The translations under genes were made by a program, and so were the position numbers. The notes beneath the pieces were generated by a model, which was not told the DNA's origin, did not search any database, and saw only the letters and a program-made list of their open reading frames with translations. A stretch of DNA of 63,912 nt from Octopus bimaculoides (lineage: Eukaryota): NCBI RefSeq assembly GCF_001194135.2, contig NC_068987.1, forward strand, positions 21,630,364-21,694,275, written 5' to 3'. Positions 55,185 through 63,912 of the stretch are shown one piece after another. Every line of letters begins with the position of its first letter. The stretch's first letter is position 1.

Positions 55185-56499
55185 TCTGTCTGCCAAATTC
55201 ATTTACAAGGCCCGAGCCTATAGTAGAAAACGCTTGCCCAAGGTGTAGTGCAGTGCAGTGGCACTGAACCCGAAAGCGAGCTTCTTAACCACACAGCTAT
55301 GCCCGTACCTAATGTAAGAATAAAATCTTATTTGCATATTGTCTCTCTCCTTCCCTCCCCCCCTCTCTCTCTCACACACACTCACAGTGGTGCTCAGAGA
55401 GTCAGCCCAAGTTCCTAGTACTTTCAACCGACCCGTTCTGATAGTGGTGATTAGATGTAATATGGAACAAATGGTTAACAAGTTTGCTTCTCAACCACGA
55501 GATTCTGGGTTCGATACTACTGCATAGCATCTTGAATAAACGTTTTCAATAGCCTCGGTTCGACCTACATTTTGTGCGTATTGTCACACACAATTCTCTT
55601 CAGATTCATCCTGAGAATTACATTAAGTGTATAAGTGTTTGCAGAATGTTCAGTCATTTAGACATTTAATTCAGGAGCAGGTAATTTAGTCAATGGAATA
55701 ACTGAATCCACTTCGTCACACGAAAGAAAAAGGAAAGAAAAAGGTGAAGGGGCACACATACTTACTGACAAGCATTACATATATATATCTACAAAATGAA
55801 ACTTGAAATTTTGAAAAAAATTGCTATGTGTCAGAATGTATGTATGCGCGTTCACCATTTTTTCACCTTAAATTATGATACAGTCGTAATCTATACCATT
55901 TTAAAAGGTATTTATAAACTATTTCATTATAAGACATCATTTTTTCTGAAAGTTCAGAAGAAACAAATACGATTCGTGTGAATTATCCGAAATTCCTTTC
56001 CCTGCTCTCGGAAAAAGTTTTTCACAACAAATTCCGATATAATCGGAATTTTCACTATGTGAAAAGGATTAGTAGACCATTTCATTAAAAAATATCCATT
56101 TTACTGAAAGTTATGAAAAAGAAAGTTGGGTGAGAGAATACTCATGTATTTATATGAAAGTGAGAAAATAGCTAAAAAAAAAAAAAAAAGCTTCCTACAA
56201 AATTAGTCTAAGGGAGATAATTATCTAAGTCGTTTCTTTTTAGTCTCGTGACGTACCGGAGCTATAGATTGAATAGAGCACCAAGCAAACCGTGTTTCGA
56301 TTCCCAGTTAAAGTTAGTTCGCTTGTGTTACTCTGTTAGAGACATAAACGAAAATCACATGATCATATTTCTCCGCTTCAATTTTGTATGCGAGTAAAGG
56401 ATACAAAATCCAAGTTACATATAAACAGTTGGCACTCCGTCGCTTACGACGTCGAGGGTTCCTACTAGCTAGGCGCATCTCTATGGCCACCTGATCTAT

Positions 56500-56690
56500 T
56501 AGATACATCATTTGACTGCGGCCATGCTGGAGCACCGCCTTTAGTCGAGCAAATCAACCCCAGAATTTATTCTTTGTAAGCCTAGTACTTATTCTATCGG
56601 ACTCTTTTGCCGAACCGCTAAGTTACGGGGACGTAACGCACCAGCATCGGTTGTCAAGCGATGTTGGGAGGACAAACACAGATACACAAA
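56500..56690 (-). mobile_element. Family A SINE 3' part, young
   Basis: catttgactgcggccatgctggagcaccgcctttagtcgagc...cttattctatcggactcttttgccgaac. Confidence 0.75.
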
Positions 56691-58103
56691 CAATATTTCT
56701 CTTAGTTCTCATTTTTTTTAAAGAGGGCACTCAATATAACATACTCTACTATACGTTATACATAGGGAAAGCTTCATTACTAGAATGCTTTTGATCATAA
56801 ATTTGCTCGATCAAAGCTGACCTGAAGGTAAACAATAACAGCCTCCCTATCACATGAGGTCACGTGATATGCTGGAAATAGCAGCTGAATTTCTTTTAAA
56901 CAGCATCATGTCTTAAAAACAAAAAGCACAGCAAATAAAGTAGTGTTATATATTCTAATATGTGACAAATTCATAGGAACATAATTGGGCCATGTTTAGT
57001 CTATAATCCGGTTTATAGATTAAACGTACATGCATACATATATGTATGTATGCATCTATGTGTCTGTGTGTGTGTGTGCGAGAGAGAGAAATTAGGATAA
57101 ACACGAGTACATATTATTAGCTTCTACGAACGTTTTACCATTATGGTTGTTTGGAACCGTTGCATTGGGTGTTTCAAGTGTATTTGGATATCGAATCAAA
57201 ACAGATCATCAGTAAACACTTTATTGCATTATGCTACAAACAATCCTCGGGGCTGAGCGAGATGAAAAAACAAGATGATTATTGCTGAACAACCTTTTGA
57301 TCAGACTTCTCATATAATTAGGGCTGACCCGGGGACGAGCCACAACAAAATCCTTGCTTTCGGACCAATCAACAGTGGTTTTGTTCTTATTTTCCTTACA
57401 TCATTTTTGAAAGCCCTCGAAAAAGGCTCTGAAAAAACACTGCCTAAAAAAGAAAAGATGTTCTTTTCCTACCCTAGAAAGCATTGGAATGTTATCAAAA
57501 AAGTTGGATCTTATTCATAGTATAGTAGTTTTCTGACATTGGTCACTTATTTCCAAAAGTTGGCTCATACTGATTAAACTGGCCCCAGCATTTGACTGAT
57601 GATGAAAAGCAATGCTAACCTCGGCGAGATATGAATTTAGAATGTAAATGACTGTAACTAAACATCGTTAGGCATTTTATCCAACAACCTAAACAATCCT
57701 GCAATCTATCAGCCTTGATCCCTCTGTATCCTGGTTATATGTTAGGACAAAAGGCAACTGAGATCCAGTAGGAGTTTAAATCCAAAGCTAATTACAATAC
57801 TGGTAATAATGTTAATAGACGTAACGTAATAAGCTAAGAAATATTAAATGAAACTATACTCGCGCCGAAGAGACGTGCTAACATACTGAAATAGCGCAAT
57901 AGTGAAACTGGAGGAAGAAAAGTAAGGGAGGTAACTCCGAAATTTTAATATACATTCGTTTAAAATAAAATGGGCAATGCAGTGGAGAGCGAGTCTGAAT
58001 AAGGTACAATAGCAACGTTTATCGAATTATATCAGAAGATTCTTGCCCAAGGTGTCACGCTGTGGACTGAACCCAAGCTCACATTTTTGGGAAGCAAGTC
58101 ACG

Positions 58104-58146
<43 letters not shown>

Positions 58147-58592
58147 ATGAAGTAACCTCCAAGTATGAACCCGGAACTATGTGGTTGGGAAGCATTTTAA
58201 AAGTTTTGCATACTTTTACTGTCCCACTTACAGGTTGTATTTGTAATGTGCGAGTCAGTTGGTTGAGTTCTTTTTCTTAAAACCCTCGCTTATCCAGATT
58301 ACCACTTAGGCATTTACTCACATAACCAAGTGCACCAGTTATTATTGGTATAAATGTGATTTTATAATATGGATATAGAAGCTGGAGGTTTCGAAGCAGT
58401 TGTCCATCTCTTTGATTTTCAAAGAGATGTTCACATAGCAGGACAACTGACCTCTATGACTACGTACTTTTTCTTGTCTGTTCCGAAAAACAATATCGGG
58501 CCTGTTGTAACACTTGATAGATGTTTTCATGGGAATGTTCCACCAGTATTCCTTGTGTTGATGTTTATGTATGTATTCAATAACAGGGTGGT

Positions 58593-58656
<64 letters not shown>

Positions 58657-60387
58657 CACACATATATATATTCCAGGATAGCATCTATCCATCCAACCAA
58701 CCAACCATACTTGTGCCCTGTGCCTTCAGCTCCTGATGGAATCGTAGAGATACTTTACTGACATATAGCGTATCGTGGGGATTTTCACACCTGGTAGAGC
58801 CTATTCCCTCTCCAAATCGGACAACCGATTTCTTCGAGAAATCACACACCTATTTTTAAACATGGGATGATAATCAACGAACCCGATTTGTGTATGACTT
58901 GTGTATCACCTCGTTTCTACAAAGGACGAGAAAAAATAGAAAATGAGAAAAATAATATTATTTGCTATAATATAAATAATATTCTCCGATTTATGGCGAA
59001 AGAGTTATTTAAACTCCAGATGATTCATCCGTCAACAGTCAAAGATGTTTCAACCATGACCATCTCGCCTTTTTTATACATCAGTGGCTACATAGTCAAT
59101 GTTGAGAAAATTTCCAGTAAATAAATTATCTCTTACTAAATTATTGATGGAAAGTTCATAAGAAAAGCGAAAACAACATTAGCAAAAGTAAACTGGTACG
59201 TTATGCTCCAGGATCTCTTCACGTTGTTCATCGAGTCCTACATTGTTAAAACGGTCTAATTTGAAGGTGGTTTGGTTTGTTAACAATGGTTTTTAGCGTC
59301 AGGTCACCAGGTTAGTTCTGGTCAAGCAGATCTCTCTATCCACAAATAACCATCTACCATATTGAACTGTCTTTTTTATGACTGGAGAGTGATTTGAGGG
59401 AGATTTGATGCAATTTCTAACAGGTCGAGCAGCCTTCTATTTTGATTATAGTCACATTGAGGATGGATTATAAGAGTCAAAGCTTGTATTTAGTTAAGAC
59501 CCTATTTTATTGACTCCTGGCAAGTGAATAACAAAGTTGTCGACTGAAACGTAAAGAGCCCGGACTTAACAATTTTTGCAAATCACTGATTTATAATCAA
59601 AGACATCCCAAACACGATCCTTCCGTTTTTTCTGGTATTTCTTTCTCTCAGACTACGTAATCCAATATCTCCTTCCTTTAAAAAGTAATAAATTAGCAAA
59701 AAATGCGGTTGAGTATGATTTGAGCGTGTGGTATTTGATCTGGTTCTATGCACTCAAAATTCAAATCCTATCAAGTTTAACTTCACTTTTTATCCTAGCA
59801 GAGTCGATAAATTGTCAGTCATGGAGTAGAGATCGAAATGTCTATCCTTTCGGATGGGTTACGGTAATGCAATGAGAGAGATCGTGTAAAAAACCATTCA
59901 CAACATCCCTTTCTCCAGAAAACAAAAGCTGTGTTGCTAACAGGTTCGCTTCGCAACTATATGACACCTTGGGCAAGTGTCTCCTTCAATATCCACCAGT
60001 TGACCAATGTGAGTGAATTTGGTAAGTGGAAACTATATGGAGCTTGTCACACATTTTTCATTGTTTGCTGACTGTTATTTTTTAATTTTTATTTGCTGAG
60101 TTTGGAGAAAGGGACAGAGCTCATGACCACTGTAGCTCCACTAAGACAGGTGGTGGTGGTGTGTGGGGGGTGATGTCAGTAAACTGTTCGGTTTAAATTA
60201 TTACTGGTCAACACCTACAGGAAAGACGGGAGCGGGGAGAATATTCCAACAGGTCGATTTTTGAGGACAGAACACAGTGGTTAGTACGGGGATGGAGAAG
60301 TGGAGAGACGGAGGGGTCATGGAACAACTGAATGAAGAAGGTACAAAATCAGTCAGATCTGAGGAACAGAGATCATTAGAACAGTAA

Positions 60388-60422
<35 letters not shown>

Positions 60423-60951
60423 CAGAGAAGAGATACCACGCTTGTTTTAGTTCTTCTTACTTACCAGTTCGGCAATAGAATAAGTACGAAACGTACAATA
60501 AGTACCGTGGTCGACTCGATTCAGTAAATCATTCAAGGCGGTGCCTCATCAAGGCCGTAGTCTAATTACTGATACAAGAGAGTAAGGGTTGAACAAAGTT
60601 CTAACAACTACTCATCAAAAAACAGATTTTCTACTGGAATATTCCAAGAAGGGATCTATATAAGTTAAGTGTACAGCACGGAACGAAACTAAACAGGAAC
60701 ATGTGATTTGAACATTTGACTGCTTTTCTAGCAGGTCGAACATTCCTTGTACATTGTATGATCTTCGTAGAATAACAAGGTTGAGTTCCTGGTGGTCACA
60801 GACTGAGACAGTCTCGATCACCGACTATAGCACCTCGTAAGCCAGAATACCTTTAAATAAGGTATGAATGCCACACATTCCCATCGTCTTAAGTGGACAG
60901 AGATGATAACAGAACATCAGATGACAAATTATTCCTATGGTTCACCTAAGA

Positions 60952-61185
60952 CAGGGGTCGGCGAACCAGGGTATATGACCCCAAGTGGGACAAAAATGAA
61001 ATTCTTCGGAGTAATGAGGACTAATTAGACATCAATAAGATTATATTAAAAAAATGTGTTCCTTGTTACGACAGAAATTTTTCTTCAGGTATGAGGAGGC
61101 AGACAAAAAGTTGCTGCCTTTTGCAACACCCCACCTTTGTGAACAAGGATTTTCCACTCTAATGAACGTAAAAACAAAGCATGTC
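60952..61185 (+). mobile_element. hAT (Charlie-like) deletion derivative
   Basis: Starts CAGGGGT (hAT TIR-like). ORF 61054 has LLPFATPHLCEQGFSTLMNVKTK, the C-terminal dimerisation motif. Confidence 0.65.
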
Positions 61186-61550
61186 GTCTTTCGTTCAGTT
61201 CCACAGCGCGGCACCTTGGGCAAGTGTCTTCTACTATAGCTCTGGACGGACCAAATACTTGAGTGGATTTAGTAAACGGAAACTGAAAGAAACCCGTCGT
61301 GCGCGTTTGTGTGTGTGTATATATATATAATATATATATATATATATGTATGTGTGTTGTATGTCTCTACCGCCGTTAGAAGGTGTCAGTATATTTACGT
61401 CTCCCCTATCTCAGCAGTTCGGCAAAAAGGAGTCGATGGAATAAGTACCAGGCTTAAAAATAAGTGCCGGTGTCGATTTGTTCGACAAAACACGTCAAGG
61501 TGGTGCCCCAGCATGGCCGCAGTCCAAAACCTGAAACAAGTAAAAAATAA
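61183..61550 (+). mobile_element. Family A SINE, CpG-retaining copy
   Basis: cagcgcggcaccttgggcaagtgtcttctactatagc...cagttcggcaaaagga.tcgatggaataagtacc...ccagcatggccgcagtc. Confidence 0.75.
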
Positions 61551-61651
61551 ACGGTAAAAGCTATATATATATGACAGAAAGAAAGAAATCTAAACAAATG
61601 ACCAGGTGTTGCGTAAGCTGTTCTGTTCAAAGGAAGGACCAAGAGATCACG

Positions 61652-61666
61652 AGAAAATTCGAGAAA
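61652..61666. promoter_or_regulatory. Perfect three-unit heat shock element (aGAAa aTTCg aGAAa)
   Basis: Exact nGAAn-nTTCn-nGAAn about 1 kb upstream of the ZFAND2 ATG. Confidence 0.5.
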
Positions 61667-61820
61667 CAAGACAGACACGTAACCGAAAAAAAAATCTGCC
61701 ATCTCATTGACAACTCAATAACAATGACAACACAGTTAGAATGAAGCTGGAAGTGGTTCTATGTCTGTACTTGTATGTGTATGTATGTGTGTGCGTGCGT
61801 GTGTGTAAATGTCACAGTAA

Positions 61821-61833
61821 ACGGAAGTGACGT
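61821..61833 (+). promoter_or_regulatory. Overlapping ETS-CRE motif ACGGAAGTGACGT, putative ZFAND2 proximal promoter
   Basis: ETS core CGGAAGT overlapping CRE core TGACGT, directly before a GC-rich (GGT/AGC)n stretch (61860-62025). TATAAAA at 62032-62038. Confidence 0.45.
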
Positions 61834-62679
61834 TTTTACAATTGTGGTGATAAAGGTGACAGCGGCGGGGAAGAAAGCCAGCATGTAGAGGTCGACGACG
61901 GTGGTGGTGGTAGTGCAGTTAGAAGCAAGCAGCAGCAGTGTATTGAGCGATAGAGGCGGTGGTGTTAGTAGTGGCGGCGGAAGAAGCAGCAGCAGTAGTA
62001 GTAGGACTGGCGGTGGTGGTTAGCAGGGTATTATAAAACCCGAAGCTGGTTTACCCATCCCGAAGTTAGATAGTTAGCATTTTCAATCGGGTGCACCGGT
62101 TACTTGGAGGACGAGGAAAAAGAACAACAACACCAGAAGTTTCGGATTTATATTTTAGTATATTTTATTATTAACTAATTAATTGGGGGTTTAAAAAAGT
62201 GGGGAAAAACAGCCTCATTTAATGTAGATAGATTTATATATTTTTTTCTGTTCTGATTATTCTTTCACGCCTCTGTCGCTCTTTCTTTTTCTGTTTATTC
62301 TTCTGGGAGTGATTTATGTGGTGGTTTGTGATTAGGGAATTTTAACTGAAAGAAACTAAAGAAAAAAAAAAAAAGTCTCTCAGAAGTAGCAACAATAGAC
62401 AAGAGATACTCTCACTGTAAGAGACCAGCTTACTCTATAGTTTTAATATTCTGTGTAAAACTAAACACACAGCATTACACATACTGACACACTAAAAACA
62501 CGGATCACAGCTCTATTTACTACAACACACACACACACACATACACTTATATACACATAAACATCTGACCAACATACGACAGTAATAATAACTAATAATA
62601 ATCATAAACAGCAGCAGAAACGTAGAGACAGAGAAAAAAAAAGACTCTTAAAGAAAGAAGAAAACAAAAACAAGAAAAG

Positions 62680-62734
62680 ATGGAATTTCCTCATCTGGGT
62701 GCTAATTGTGGTGAATCTACCTGTAAAATGCTGG
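62680..62734 (+). CDS. ZFAND2: First coding exon of AN1-type zinc finger protein 2 (ZFAND2A/2B, AIRAP-like); rest of gene beyond the window
   Basis: MEFPHLGANCGESTCKML + G then gtaatt donor. Matches the MEFPxLGxxCxxxxCxxLD N-terminus of AIRAP/AIRAPL, whose AN1 finger continues in the next exon. Confidence 0.82.
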
Positions 62735-62864
62735 GTAATTATACAGATTTATATTTTTCTCTTTGCAACATTTCATTTCACTCTCTCAGTCACACTAACC
62801 ATTATTACCGCACCTGTCTTCTCGTGACAAAATGTTTGTCTTCTCGACAGCTTGTCTTATATGT

Positions 62865-62873
62865 ATGTGAGTG

Positions 62874-62908
<35 letters not shown>

Positions 62909-63130
62909 ATATAAACTGTGTTTCTCGCTCCCTTTCTATCTAAATATATGTTCGTTTGCCTAATTGCTTTTCTTATAGTTTTATCATCTATCTATGTACC
63001 TATCTGACTATAATTGTCTGTCTGCGCTGTTTGTCAGTTTGTCCAGCTGTCTGCCTTTCTCAGTAGACGTCTCTTTTCGTCTTTTACTGTCCATCTACCA
63101 TATCTATCTGTATGTGTGTGTGTACATATA

Positions 63131-63187
<57 letters not shown>

Positions 63188-63912
63188 CGGTTTGTTTATA
63201 AATCTGTTTTCTGTCCGTCAAGATATCTGACTTTCTATAAAATATGTGTATGTCTGTCAGACTATCCATCAGTGTGTCTACGTATCTACTTGTCTGTCTC
63301 TAAATCTAGCTATCCATCTGTCTGCATGTTTATATATCTATCATACTGCTTATGTGTGCGTATGTCATATTTGTCGGTTTCTGTTCAACTAACCGTTAGT
63401 TTATTTGTCCATCTATCTGTCATATCTAGTTACCTCCACGTATATCTACTCATCTATCTGTTTACCTATCCGTCTAGCTATTCTCTATATGCCTGTCTAT
63501 CTTTCATCGAGTCCATTTAGTTGTCTGTCAAACTGCCAAGCTTTTTACCACCTACGAATTAAGAGTCTTTGACCATCTTTCTGCGGCACATCTAAGCTAT
63601 CACTCTTCATGTCAATTTAGTTGTCTTTCTATAACAGACCACTTAGCTGTCTATCTACATGTTCATATAGGCCTCTACCTGTCTCTCTAGATTTCCACAC
63701 AGCTGGCTATTTCTAGATTCTTTTAAAGCTGTCTTTCTTTATATAGATATATATACCAATAGCTGTCTCCCCCTTTAACAGTTCATATAACTATCTTGCT
63801 ACATTTCCATACAGCTGGTCATTTCTATACCTGTCCATCTCTCTCTTTCCTCTCTCTCTCCTCTCTCTCTCCTCTCTCTCTCTCCTCTCTCTCTCTCCTC
63901 TCTCTCTCTCTC
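62865..63912. repeat. (AT)n tracts plus cryptic (TATC/TGTC)-rich low-complexity DNA in ZFAND2 intron 1
   Basis: Direct inspection. Confidence 0.85.

Overview
Eukaryotic, AT-rich, intron-rich animal DNA. The dense tRNA-derived SINEs, RTE tails and (AT)n tracts look like an octopus/coleoid cephalopod assembly (inferred, not confirmed). There are four N gaps: 492-501, 5552-5841, 22638-23428 and 38765-39086. Three protein-coding genes can be reconstructed by hand from GT-AG exons. (1) PRMT1 on +, 9 coding exons at 5022-22380, 341 aa visible; its first exon is not found in the window. (2) Cyclin A on -, complete, 9 exons at 47395->35105, 457 aa, convergent with PRMT1. (3) The first coding exon of an AN1-type zinc-finger gene (ZFAND2/AIRAP-like) on + at 62680-62734, divergent from cyclin A. 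The rest is TE debris: mariner, hAT-Charlie, RTE, an RLE-type (R4/Dong-like) LINE, a Gypsy gag/protease remnant with a tRNA-Trp-like PBS, piggyBac-like and mariner-like MITEs, a Helitron-like end, SINEs and microsatellites. No CRISPR, rRNA or real tRNA gene was found, and I see no solid evidence of a wholly new multi-gene system. The best leads are regulatory or isoform-level. They are a possible second, degron-less cyclin A first exon in a CpG-rich intron-1 patch; an EIYPP->EIEAP change in the cyclin box; a perfect heat-shock element plus an ETS-CRE motif upstream of ZFAND2; inverted MITEs bracketing an in-frame two-exon PRMT1 cassette; and a sharp CpG mosaic that footprints past methylation.
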